DNA of 64,000 bases from an uncultured virus (IMG/VR IMGVR_UViG_3300027627_000004) (lineage: Duplodnaviria; Heunggongvirae; Uroviricota; Caudoviricetes): the IMG/VR virus record IMGVR_UViG_3300027627_000004; one strand, written 5' to 3'. Below are positions 8,078-17,182 of the stretch, in pieces. The notes beneath the pieces were generated by a model. It was not told where the DNA came from. It saw only the letters and a list, made by a program, of their open reading frames with translations, and did no database searches. Within the stretch, counting starts at the first letter, position 1. The number at the start of each line of letters is the position of its first letter. The translations under genes were made by a program, and so were the position numbers.

Positions 8078-8336
8078 TGGGGGGTGACTTTACGCTGGTG
8101 GGGGGTGACTTATCCCCCTGTGGATACCCCATACCCCCACTACTAGTTGCATAAAACATACTCCTATATATCTCCTAAGAGGGTCCAAAACCCTTGAGGC
8201 TCATGGCTTTAGCGGGGTTTTTATGGCTTCAGGCGACTAATGAATTGGCTTCAGGCGACTAATGAACGGTCGATTTTTGGCTTCAGGCGACTATAGTATT
8301 GGCTTCAGGCGACTAATGAAAACGGACTTATGCACA
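8078..8336 (+). promoter_or_regulatory. Iteron-type replication origin
   Basis: tggcttcaggcgacta x4 (8224, 8246, 8278, 8300); ggggggtgactt x2 (~8079, ~8100); DnaA box TTATGCACA 8328-8336; inverted partial iterons at ~7899-7960; directly upstream of Rep. Confidence 0.85.
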
Positions 8337-8350
8337 GCTAAGGGGTTGAT

Positions 8351-9253
8351 ATGGCAAACGAAGGGTGGCGAAAAGGACTACGCCAAGGTAAGTACCAACC
8401 TGACCTTCCCGCTAGGTGTGCCGTTGAAATGAATATCGTAGGCGTCCCCACCTGCGTACTGAACTCCAAGTACACCAAGAGTGCCACGCAGATTAGCTAT
8501 CGCTGGCGCGGTGCTCAGGGCGATGCCTTGTTCACATTTTCTAGGACAGGCGATGATCCATTCCCCACGGCTCAACACGCATTGTACTTAGATATTTTGC
8601 TAGCTATGTTTGCAAATAACTTCAATGAAGACGGGGTATTACGCTTTAGATTTTCCGATGTACTGCGGAATGCCGGTAAGCCAGCAAATAGCTCTGGAGC
8701 CAGAAAAGCCATAAAAGAGGCTATTTATCGCTATCAGAAGTGCCATTCGTTTTGGCAGTGCAGTTTTGACGGTGCCGACCAGAGTTGGGCAGGCTCATTT
8801 ATCTCTGAAAGTACGCTTTTTGACGATGAAAACCGAAACCCTCGGAACAGTTCAGACCGTTTAACATGGCATAAAGTGCGCTTTCATCATTTGATCGTCG
8901 ATTCGATGAACGCAGGAAAAATACGTCTTTTCTACAGTGAAATGCTTAAAAGCGGTCTAAAACATGACACCTATATCGTTTATCGGCATCTTAGGCGATT
9001 TACTGATAAAGGCGAAATTAAACGGTCAATTCAACAACTTGTGTCTGCCTTAAACTATCAATCCAAGCGCAGCGACCGCTTTAAAATATGGCTGTCCGAA
9101 CGGCTGTGCGAACTACAAAAAGCAAATTACCTACAGGCGTTCACGATTCATGATAGCTGGGTGTCCGTGACACTCACGCCAGTCAGTGCGAACGGCACCA
9201 ATCGCCCACTTAAGGCGTTAGTTGGTGATTTAGTCGAGCACACATCGTTTTAG
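8351..9253 (+). CDS. Plasmid-type replication initiator (RepA/TrfA-like winged helix)
   Basis: PFPTAQHALYLDILLAM...LRFRFSDVLRNAGKP...RKAIKEAIYR pattern; preceded by iterons. Confidence 0.75.
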   Translation: MANEGWRKGLRQGKYQPDLPARCAVEMNIVGVPTCVLNSKYTKSATQISYRWRGAQGDALFTFSRTGDDPFPTAQHALYLDILLAMFANNFNEDGVLRFRFSDVLRNAGKPANSSGARKAIKEAIYRYQKCHSFWQCSFDGADQSWAGSFISESTLFDDENRNPRNSSDRLTWHKVRFHHLIVDSMNAGKIRLFYSEMLKSGLKHDTYIVYRHLRRFTDKGEIKRSIQQLVSALNYQSKRSDRFKIWLSERLCELQKANYLQAFTIHDSWVSVTLTPVSANGTNRPLKALVGDLVEHTSF

Positions 9254-9282
9254 CGTTCAATAAAGACATATTTTTTGAACGC

Positions 9283-11376
9283 TCATTTTGCTGTTGGTGT
9301 CTCTTGAGCGACAAGGGTTTCATCGGTGTCTTTTGCCTTGGGTTTTTTGAACGGCAGAGACACTTCCTTTGCCGATATCTTGATGCCTCTTGAGGGATCG
9401 AATTTTTGAATCGGTAACCGCTCCATGCGTTTTAAGCGGGCGGTTTCAGTCAAGCCGATTGCCGTTCGTAATTTTGGAAATAAATCATATTCCCAAAATT
9501 TTAATACCTGTTCTTCGGCATCTACAACTTCATGAGATTGATATTCCCAAATTTTGAGGTTGTAAACACGCTGGCAAAACTGCGCCAGTATAAAGGTATC
9601 CCAAACATTGTCATCTTTATAAATATCGCCATCTGGAAAAACAATTTCAGGCTGACGCAAATACTCAATACCGCGCATCAATGGATCTCTGATATCAGCA
9701 AAAGATCCTGCATCGGGCGGCATAGCCTTTACATAAAACTCTGCTGTCGTGAGCGAAGTCTTATGCCCTAGCCGTTCTTGAATAGCGTTTAATTCAACAC
9801 CACAAAATGAAAGCATGGTCGCACAAGTGGTACGGAAATCACGAAGCGTAGCGACTGGAGTATGTGTATAAGATGCAATCCGCTGTAATGTAGGCGATGC
9901 CTTCATTACGCTGATGGAAGTCACTGCGGGTTTAGAAAACCAATCTAGTAATTTTTCTTTATTAGATAGGTCTAAAAATTCTTTATTTAAAAGAATTAAA
10001 CGTACAACCGTTGAGGTTCTTGGGTTTGCTAAATATTTAGGGTCGTGTCCCGCGAGTTTACCGCTCAACAATTTCCCGTTACTAAAATAGATTTTTCCTG
10101 ATTCTTTATCCCAATGCTCAGGAGTGATTTTTGCCAATTCTTCCGGTCGCAGACCAGAGGATAATGCTAAGGCTAGTAAAGCCGCGTGACTTATCGTAGG
10201 TGCCTCGTTAAAAATAGCGGTTATCTCGGACAAGCGTAAACAGCGAAAGCCTTGACCATGAGATGTTTTACCGTTTTTTAGGCTCTCTTTTTCAAAGAGA
10301 TTACGATATTTTTCTATCGTCCTAGTTGAATTAGCTGCCCACGGAAATACTGATTGATAGTCTTCTAAGGTTCCAATTATGTTCATAAAAATAGCGAGTA
10401 ATTTTTTCAATGTTGATTTTGTTTTTGGTCCAGACAAGCGTTTTCTTTTATACGTGCTGGAGCTGATGGTCGTATCGCATAAAGCCTGAGTCCAATTTTT
10501 TATGGATATTTGCAGTGGTCCAGCTTCAAAAGGAATTTTGACATCGCCAATTACTGCATAAATGGCTTTAACCCTCGACTTGTCTGTTGTCGGTTTTTCT
10601 AGCAAATATAAGGCAAATAAGAACCCAAAGGTCATTTGCTTTTGTAGTTGATTAAGGTCATTTTTGGTTAATTGACTGGAAAAAAACTTGTCTTTAAATT
10701 CTTTTGCTTTTGATGTGTAAGAGGATATAGGCTGGATAGCCTGTAATGAATTGATACCGTGATCTTCGAGCTTTTTTACTGCCGATTTATAGGTAATTTC
10801 TGTTAAGTTTTTTACGGTAAAAGGATCGGAGCGAGATTTCGTTAGCTTGTCGATCTTATGTATTCTTAGTGTGTATGAGTTAATTTCAGAGAGTAAATAC
10901 CACTCATACCTACCGTTATCTGTGACACCTTTTTCTAGATATTTCGCTGGCGCGTGGAATGTTTTTGGAGATTTTACTTCTACCTGTTTTCCCCATTTTT
11001 CAGATTTTTTTGTCTCAATAGCTAACTCGATTTGTTCCCAACGCTGCTCCCAGTCTGGGTGAGATTCGGAACCTAGTTCATCGAGCAATTTATTTTTGTG
11101 TCGCTGTTTAAGTTGGGCGATAGCACGTTGCGCTAAAAGGCGTTCACGTTTTTTTTGGTCATCTAAGTCAAGACTAGGACGACCGCGTTTTTCTCGACCT
11201 ATCTTAGAAACCATTTGAGGATCGGTAGTCAGCCTAGCAAACCCTGTGTCCCGCTTAAGACAGTAAGAACAGACAGTGCGCCCATTCCTAAGAACCGTAG
11301 GTGTACTATTGCCGCGCTCCGTTATGTTTTTACACCCTGCTCCATAGGTACAGTAAGTGATGATGGCGCGTCCCAT
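9283..11376 (-). CDS. Large tyrosine recombinase/integrase with N-terminal Cys cluster
   Basis: SGLRPEEL, LRDFRTTCAT, LGHK, FYV catalytic motifs; CxxxxxC...CxxC N-terminus; adjacent to the tRNA att. Confidence 0.9.
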   Translation of the reverse strand: MGRAIITYCTYGAGCKNITERGNSTPTVLRNGRTVCSYCLKRDTGFARLTTDPQMVSKIGREKRGRPSLDLDDQKKRERLLAQRAIAQLKQRHKNKLLDELGSESHPDWEQRWEQIELAIETKKSEKWGKQVEVKSPKTFHAPAKYLEKGVTDNGRYEWYLLSEINSYTLRIHKIDKLTKSRSDPFTVKNLTEITYKSAVKKLEDHGINSLQAIQPISSYTSKAKEFKDKFFSSQLTKNDLNQLQKQMTFGFLFALYLLEKPTTDKSRVKAIYAVIGDVKIPFEAGPLQISIKNWTQALCDTTISSSTYKRKRLSGPKTKSTLKKLLAIFMNIIGTLEDYQSVFPWAANSTRTIEKYRNLFEKESLKNGKTSHGQGFRCLRLSEITAIFNEAPTISHAALLALALSSGLRPEELAKITPEHWDKESGKIYFSNGKLLSGKLAGHDPKYLANPRTSTVVRLILLNKEFLDLSNKEKLLDWFSKPAVTSISVMKASPTLQRIASYTHTPVATLRDFRTTCATMLSFCGVELNAIQERLGHKTSLTTAEFYVKAMPPDAGSFADIRDPLMRGIEYLRQPEIVFPDGDIYKDDNVWDTFILAQFCQRVYNLKIWEYQSHEVVDAEEQVLKFWEYDLFPKLRTAIGLTETARLKRMERLPIQKFDPSRGIKISAKEVSLPFKKPKAKDTDETLVAQETPTAK

Positions 11377-11573
11377 AAGCTCCTCCTCTTGCTTTATGGG
11401 TATATATCGGTTGTTTTTGGAAATAACTTTAATTTTTTTATATCATTTTAACCCCCTAAAACCGCGTGATAAAATAAAAACATCTGTTATATTAGTTGGT
11501 TATAGACTAGTTTTTTTGTATATGTTTTAATCGGTAAGTATTTAAAATCATTGAGAAATAGGTAAAAAGGTGG

Positions 11574-11648
11574 TGGCTGGGGTGAAAGGGATCGAACCTT
11601 TGAATGCCGGAATCAAAATCCGGTGCCTTACCACTTGGCTACACCCCA
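11574..11648 (-). tRNA. tRNA-Gln(TTG)
   Basis: tggggtgtagccaagtggtaaggcaccggattttgattccggcattcaaaggttcgatccctttcaccccagcca; cloverleaf, TTG anticodon, encoded CCA. Confidence 0.97.
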
Positions 11649-11657
11649 AAAAAAAGT

Positions 11658-11701
11658 AACCCCGATAAATATTACTTTATCGGGGTTTTGAGTTTTGTCA
11701 A
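11658..11701 (-). promoter_or_regulatory. Sigma70-like promoter and hairpin upstream of tRNA-Gln
   Basis: Minus strand TTGACA-16 nt-TAAAGT; inverted repeat aaccccgataaa/tttatcggggtt. Confidence 0.5.
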
Positions 11702-12438
11702 GTCTCTACTTGAAATACGGAGGTAGCGTATTTTCCCGATTTTTGAAGGTTTACTCCTTTATCACTTAATTATTTTTCAAAACTTATTCAATTTTGAATT
11801 GTAACTAAGCTGTTTTGTTAAACCAGTGTTCTTCTGGATAGGGACATTGAGAAATTTCTCACTCATTTAAGTCCCTCACTTGATAATCGGGTAAATCGTC
11901 AAGGCGACCGCAGGTTACGGGTAACCAAATTACATTCTCCTGCGCTTTTATCTGTTGCAACAGATACCGTACTTATCCCATTTGATTAAGTGAGTGTTCT
12001 CTCATCCAAGCGCGAAGACAATCTGCTAAGGCTGTCTTTTTCATCTTGGCTTTTGATTCTTAAGGAATCCGCGACTATCCCCCTAATCATATACATAATG
12101 AGTAATATGTATACTAGCCTTACGGCTCAGGGTGTAACACTTTTACATCTTGTACGGATGGTTTATCGTGAAAGTTGTACTCTTTCTATAAGACCTTTAT
12201 CTTATATTTTTCAAGTCAGTGACTTGAGGTAACGCTGCTTTTACGGTCTGTAAGCCTCATAATATTTGTTACCAAATATTATTGTAATAAGTAGCTATCT
12301 TATTTACTGGCTCTCTCAACAAGAGAAACCTATTCTCTTGAAAGCAGGGTAATTTTTTTATTTCGTCTACCCTCGAAAATCTGCATCGCTGCTGACAAAA
12401 ATGTTTTACGTCAGACCTTCAGACTTCGCAAGAGGAAA

Positions 12439-13044
12439 TTACTTATTCCCCAAAAGTAATTCGTCACTGAGTACAGTACCAAAATCCTTAATGGCTGCTT
12501 TTTGTACATCAGTAAGCATGACATCTTCAAACCAAGAGACAACTAAGAAGCCTATGATCTCATGTTTTATATTAAAGACAGCTCGACATAATGCACATTT
12601 AGCTCCACTATAACGCATTAATCCTTTAAAATAACTGTCCTCTTTCATTTCATTAGAATCTATATAAAAATAATTATTTTTAAGTAAATTGTCTATAGTC
12701 TGGAGCAGGTAGCCCATAGGTATATTTTGTAATGATACCCCCCCAATCTGCACAGCTACTCCACGCGCACTGACAAAGTGAGTTAGCGATACCTTTTGGA
12801 TAGAGACACCGGAAATAAAGGAATTACCATTGTGGAATTGGTAAAGCTGCACACGGTCGGCATCGTAGTAGCTACGAATCTCAGCTAAAAGTTGACGTAG
12901 CATTAGGTTTTTATTAATACATACTGATTCTGATTTATTTTGAATCCAGTTTTGAATTTTTGACGCAACAAAAGCTAACAGTCCGATAACTATTCCTGTT
13001 AATACTTGTCCTACACTGTTCCAGAAATCAGACATCTTAATCAC
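12439..13044 (-). CDS. Putative T4 gpT-like holin (N-terminal TM + GAF-like domain)
   Basis: Single N-terminal hydrophobic helix, then DADRVQLYQFHNG...IIGFLVVSW GAF-like pattern. Confidence 0.55.
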   Translation of the reverse strand: MIKMSDFWNSVGQVLTGIVIGLLAFVASKIQNWIQNKSESVCINKNLMLRQLLAEIRSYYDADRVQLYQFHNGNSFISGVSIQKVSLTHFVSARGVAVQIGGVSLQNIPMGYLLQTIDNLLKNNYFYIDSNEMKEDSYFKGLMRYSGAKCALCRAVFNIKHEIIGFLVVSWFEDVMLTDVQKAAIKDFGTVLSDELLLGNK

Positions 13045-13315
13045 CTCTCATATGAGAGTGTTCTTTAGCGTGGCATTTAGAGCAAATAGTCTTTAGGTTT
13101 AACAAACTGTCCCAACCGGATTTACTCTTACTTACAATATGATGGGCATGTAAAACGGCAAAGCCTCCAGCCTGGATACCTAACGCACCACACTCCTGAC
13201 ATTTAAAACCGTCACGGTCTTTGCATTGATCGGCTAATTTACGCCAATCATTCCTATTGCCATTACAATACTCTGGGAATTTATATTTCTTCCTTTTAAA
13301 GAAAGGATCACGCAT
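13037..13315 (-). CDS. Small HNH endonuclease
   Basis: RDGFKCQECG...LHAHHIV...NLKTICSKCHAKEH. Confidence 0.9.
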   Translation of the reverse strand: MRDPFFKRKKYKFPEYCNGNRNDWRKLADQCKDRDGFKCQECGALGIQAGGFAVLHAHHIVSKSKSGWDSLLNLKTICSKCHAKEHSHMRGD

Positions 13316-13354
13316 ATAATGTCTCCATAAAGATTAATCTTAATAGGAGATCAA

Positions 13355-13519
13355 ATGGAACAATTACTAAAATATTGTGAAGACCGCATCAAACAACTAT
13401 CCGGTCAATATGACCATGCCCTATATGAAAAATGTCCATACGAAATTGAACTAGATGGAAAAATAAGTGCTTATAAAGATATTATAGATTGGGCTAATAG
13501 AAAAATTATGGACGCTTGA
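13355..13519 (+). CDS. Small hypothetical protein (54 aa, below ORF-track cutoff)
   Basis: RBS aggag, ATG 13355, MEQLLKYCEDRIKQL...; palindromic AGATTAATCT at 13331. Confidence 0.6.
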   Translation: MEQLLKYCEDRIKQLSGQYDHALYEKCPYEIELDGKISAYKDIIDWANRKIMDA

Positions 13520-13586
13520 TTACCAGTATTCTTAAGATTAAGTTAAGGAGTAGTTTTTGTGCTGTGAAAATTTAAAGGAGGTTAAA

Positions 13587-13790
13587 ATGATTCAGCTAAC
13601 ACCGAGAGCAAAAGAGAAATTAGATCCAGTCATTAACAAAACTAAGGCAGACCTTAAACCTTTTATGCATTCCCTACGCTACTGCGTGATTTGTGTGGCT
13701 TGGTTTTTGACATTACCGTTTGTAGCGGCTGCAAAATTATTAGGTCCTTATAGCGAGAAAATTAAGCCCGAAGTCAAAAAAGGCGAATAA
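13587..13790 (+). CDS. Small membrane protein
   Basis: RBS aaggagg before MIQLTPRAK; one hydrophobic segment. Confidence 0.6.
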   Translation: MIQLTPRAKEKLDPVINKTKADLKPFMHSLRYCVICVAWFLTLPFVAAAKLLGPYSEKIKPEVKKGE

Positions 13791-13839
13791 TTAAATATAC
13801 CCAAATTGGGTTCAATAACACCCAATTTGGGTTAAAATA

Positions 13840-13868
13840 AAAAAGGGAGACATCCATGTCTCCCTAAA
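13840..13868 (-). terminator. Intrinsic terminator hairpin
   Basis: aaaaa-gggagacat-cc-atgtctccc; near-duplicate at 14591. Confidence 0.7.
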
Positions 13869-14179
13869 TGACTTCCAAGGTGGTTCAATTAGGTACGATT
13901 ACTCGCGAGCAGTTTAATTACGCGGGAAAGTGTTGGACCTTCAAAAGTTTAATCAAGATGAAGTAGCCAAGGAGCTTGGTCTGTAGTTAACTATCTTGTG
14001 GGACGGCGTGGGAAGCTGGGGTCCGTTCAAGCCGTCTCTTTACGAGATGATAGCGGTAGTTCCAATCCCTGGAGACACGCAATGGCTACTAAGAGTAGGT
14101 ACTTAACCACCTACCGCCAAATAACCGGCTGGGGTAGCGCCCAATGATTCCGTAGCTTGGTATTTCTCTTGATCGGTCA

Positions 14180-14428
14180 TCATAAGCCTAGCTCCTTGGC
14201 TAATGCATCACGATCTAGCCTGGTTCCAACTAGTGCGTTGTCCCACGCCTCATTAAACTTCTCCCTGGTAATTGCCACAGTCCTTGGCTCAATCTCCCAA
14301 TCGTCGGCGAGTATTTCTTCTCTGGTCAGGTCCATCATCTCGTGTTCAATCATCCCGCTGATGACTTTTTCAGGCTTTGATTTTCTGAATATCCATTCGT
14401 TTTTTTTAAGAGCTTCGATCAGGTTCAT
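14180..14428 (-). CDS. Small hypothetical phage protein
   Basis: MNLIEALKK...EEILADDWEI, a common small phage protein pattern; RBS gagg. Confidence 0.7.
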   Translation of the reverse strand: MNLIEALKKNEWIFRKSKPEKVISGMIEHEMMDLTREEILADDWEIEPRTVAITREKFNEAWDNALVGTRLDRDALAKELGL

Positions 14429-14590
14429 ATTTTTCCTCAAAATAAAAGATGCTTTAGTTGACTGGGGCAGAGCATGGTTAAGCCAATATAATTAGGTCCA
14501 AGTCAAGGCACACCTGTAAACTTAGAAGTTGGTAGCGTTCCTTACCTACTTCTTTGATTAAACTACAATGCTTTAGAAAGTCCTACTCAT

Positions 14591-14621
14591 AAAAAGGGGA
14601 GACATGTATGTCTCCCCTAAA
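14591..14621 (-). terminator. Intrinsic terminator of the 14640-15338 gene
   Basis: aaaaa-ggggagacat-gt-atgtctcccc, T-tract on the minus strand. Confidence 0.75.
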
Positions 14622-14639
14622 TAACTAATTTTACAGATA

Positions 14640-15338
14640 TTAAGCGTTGAATTCGACGCCAAGCATTTGTGCGCTGCTCGAAGCCAAAACGCCAACTGCT
14701 GGGACGTGAACTACACGGCTACCAGGAATTTCGACAAGACCGGTATCAACGACCATGCCATCAGCGCCTAAATATACTGGACCGGTGTGGCTTGCCCAAT
14801 CAACTGAGGTATCATAGTAGTTAAGGTAGACGCGACCTTTGCCCTTGCCTACGCCGCACTGACCAACCAAGTTAGCAGAAGGATAGTTGCTTACAGCTTC
14901 TTGGAAAAGTTGTTTAGCTTGAGCAACCGTTAGGTTGAAGCGGTAGTGAACTTTCAAGGTCAAACCTGCTTGACCAGCAGCGAAGGTAACTGTACCTGCT
15001 GCATTGTCAACGAATGCTGGAGCGACTACGGCACCGGCAGAATTTAAAGCCAAAACCGAACTATTGACCAAATTGTTGTACGACAGCGAAACTACGTATG
15101 GACCAGGAATGGCAGGGACCGTTACTAATTCAACATTAGCTGCGGTTTCATGGGACAATTGACGAAATACAGCGAAGCCTGCAAAAACGTCACCACCAAG
15201 ACCTGTAGATGGTTGAACGTGCTCAAGACCGTCAACCAGAACGGAAACTAGACATTGACCTTCGTCGATGACTTCTTTGCCTGGGACGAGCGGTTGGCTG
15301 TCTACGTGCGAGTACCACGTGCGTTTTAAATCAATCAT
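14640..15338 (-). CDS. Putative head decoration/structural protein
   Basis: V/G/A-rich beta protein (EVIDEGQCLV...QPSTG...FAGFA), own AGATT motif (15398) and terminator. Confidence 0.5.
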   Translation of the reverse strand: MIDLKRTWYSHVDSQPLVPGKEVIDEGQCLVSVLVDGLEHVQPSTGLGGDVFAGFAVFRQLSHETAANVELVTVPAIPGPYVVSLSYNNLVNSSVLALNSAGAVVAPAFVDNAAGTVTFAAGQAGLTLKVHYRFNLTVAQAKQLFQEAVSNYPSANLVGQCGVGKGKGRVYLNYYDTSVDWASHTGPVYLGADGMVVDTGLVEIPGSRVVHVPAVGVLASSSAQMLGVEFNA

Positions 15339-15465
15339 TGTGTAAAATCCTTTCAGAAAATTTATTCAAGAGCGATCATATATCGCCTCTGTAATTTAAT
15401 CTATACATAATATTTCATCTACAAAATAAATTGCTATTTTTTACATTGGTTGCTAAAATTTAGTT

Positions 15466-16200
15466 ATGCTAACTATTGGTACAAAAGTAAATTATTGGAC
15501 TGTATGTAATTATACAGGAAATATTAAAGGTCGCAAATACTGGCATTGCCGCTGCATTTGCGGTGTTTACCGTGATGTTCTACAGTCACAATTAACTTGT
15601 AACCGTACTAAAAGTTGTGGCTGTAGAAAAGGTGAAGATCTTACTAATAAACGGTTTGGTCATCTAGTAGCTTTAGAACCTGTCACTAGGGGTGATGGAG
15701 TTCGTCTGTGGCGTTGTCTATGTGATTGTGGTAAAGAAACTCTAATAAGAGCAAATTCATTAAAACAAAATCATACTACCTCTTGTGGATGTTTTGGTTT
15801 AGAAAAAAGAAAAACTTTTCTTAGAAAAAAAAGAAAGAAAAAAGGGCTAGCTGCTATTAGTAGCTATTATAGTCGCTATAAGCATAGTGCTAAAAAAAGA
15901 AAATATGAATTCTCTTTAACTAAAGAAGAATTCATCGAATTAATTTTACAAAAATGCCATTACTGCGGTATGGAACCTCAATCAAAAATAAAAAAAACAA
16001 GTAAATTTTATTCCAAAGAATGGACAGAAGCATCTAAAATAGCTGCCTATGGAATAGACCGCGTAGATAACTCAAAAGGATATACAACAGACAACGTGGT
16101 TGCCTGTTGTAAAATATGTAATCATGCAAAGACCAATTTAACACTTGTGGAATTTAAAGACTGGTTCACAAGGCTTTGTAAATTTCAAAAATTATACTAA
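15466..16200 (+). CDS. Free-standing HNH-type homing endonuclease
   Basis: Two WxCxCxCG...SCGC repeats plus CHYCG...GIDRVDNSKGY..DNVVACCKICN. Confidence 0.85.
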   Translation: MLTIGTKVNYWTVCNYTGNIKGRKYWHCRCICGVYRDVLQSQLTCNRTKSCGCRKGEDLTNKRFGHLVALEPVTRGDGVRLWRCLCDCGKETLIRANSLKQNHTTSCGCFGLEKRKTFLRKKRKKKGLAAISSYYSRYKHSAKKRKYEFSLTKEEFIELILQKCHYCGMEPQSKIKKTSKFYSKEWTEASKIAAYGIDRVDNSKGYTTDNVVACCKICNHAKTNLTLVEFKDWFTRLCKFQKLY

Positions 16201-16623
16201 GAACTTTTTAGAAGTCGCTTTTATAACTTTATCATTAGAATTTAAAGTCGTATATTTTACTTCAACAGCAGCATCATTAATAGCCACACTCCATGTAACG
16301 TCTACACCGGCTGTCTCAGTATAAAGATCTGTTATGCTTGGTGCAGAGCTCCCATCAGCACAAATAAATAATTTTCCCACTCTAGTCTTGTGAGACGTAT
16401 TTTCCCGTATAGAGTATTCTACAACGATACCAGAATATATAGTCTTATCAAATGTAAAAGGGGTAAAAACCCGATTTGTACTAGAGTGGGTTAAAGTGTC
16501 AGTTATGAATACTTCTTCACAAAAGTCTGTATAGCCAAGTTTAGAATTGACTTGATCCCAAGAAAGAGAAGTTTTCTTGTATTGATTATTTGCACCATCA
16601 AAGGAGAGTAGTTTTAATGACAT
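16192..16623 (-). CDS. Putative virion structural protein
   Basis: T/S/V-rich beta-strand protein; AGATT motif at 16661. Confidence 0.5.
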   Translation of the reverse strand: MSLKLLSFDGANNQYKKTSLSWDQVNSKLGYTDFCEEVFITDTLTHSSTNRVFTPFTFDKTIYSGIVVEYSIRENTSHKTRVGKLFICADGSSAPSITDLYTETAGVDVTWSVAINDAAVEVKYTTLNSNDKVIKATSKKFLV

Positions 16624-16681
16624 AGACAGTCCTCATAAAAGTTAAGGTATAAGCAAATATAATCTTAGTACTAGAGAATTA

Positions 16682-16802
16682 AGGGACAGATATGTAGTGT
16701 AGAGGAGCGCACCAGTTAGCCATCGCAAGATGTCCGAGGGGTCGGATGATGTGCAACCACACTACCGAATACTTATATGGGGGAAGTATAACAAGTACCC
16801 TA
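16682..16802 (+). ncRNA. Candidate structured ncRNA
   Basis: GC-rich intergenic island: gtagtg/cactac closing stem, catc-GCAA-gatg and tccga-gggg-tcgga hairpins. Confidence 0.35.
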
Positions 16803-16842
16803 AGCTACGCTATTGCCTAGATTAAAAATAAAAGAGGTAAAT

Positions 16843-17064
16843 ATGAGACTTTATTTAGGTAACTTGCCTGAAAATTTTACAGAAAATGAGTTATGTACTA
16901 TTTTAAATAAATACTCACTTCTAGAACTGGATAAAAATGACTCTTTTGCGATTGTTAGAGTTGAGCAGGGACAAAAAGCAATAGATGACTTAAATGGTCT
17001 TGTTATTAACGGAAAAGAACTAAAAGTTTTGCCTGCTGTAGATAGACAAAAACAATGTGCTTAG
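16843..17064 (+). CDS. RRM RNA-binding protein
   Basis: RNP2 LYLGNL, SFAIV, AIDDLNG..INGKELKV; RBS gaggt. Confidence 0.85.
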   Translation: MRLYLGNLPENFTENELCTILNKYSLLELDKNDSFAIVRVEQGQKAIDDLNGLVINGKELKVLPAVDRQKQCA

Positions 17065-17182
17065 ATTTAGTTGTTAGTTTGCAATCAGATCCGATTTCCC
17101 AAGGGTCTCGTAATTAATGGTCTTTTAAAGAGGAGACTTGAATAATTAAGGTTTTAACAACAAAGCAAGGAGAATTCTCATA

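Larger units (their letters stand above)
6496..11584. mobile_element. Integrative plasmid/satellite-like element in the 3' end of tRNA-Gln
   Basis: Direct repeat tggctggggtg at 6496-6506 and 11574-11584 (tRNA 3' end); encodes tyrosine integrase, Rep, iterons and an HTH protein; GC-richer than the flanks. Confidence 0.85.

Noticed and set aside
8224..8320. Mini CRISPR array
   Set aside because: 16-bp repeats separated by only 6-16 bp, upstream of Rep with a DnaA box: iterons
11574..11648. tRNA-Gln as a prophage/host chromosome boundary
   Set aside because: Phage-type genes with the same promoter motif and leader lie on both sides, so the tRNA is phage-encoded
14127..14135. ggctggggt as another copy of the tRNA-Gln att
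   Set aside because: Only 9 bp and on the wrong side of the tRNA to bound the element
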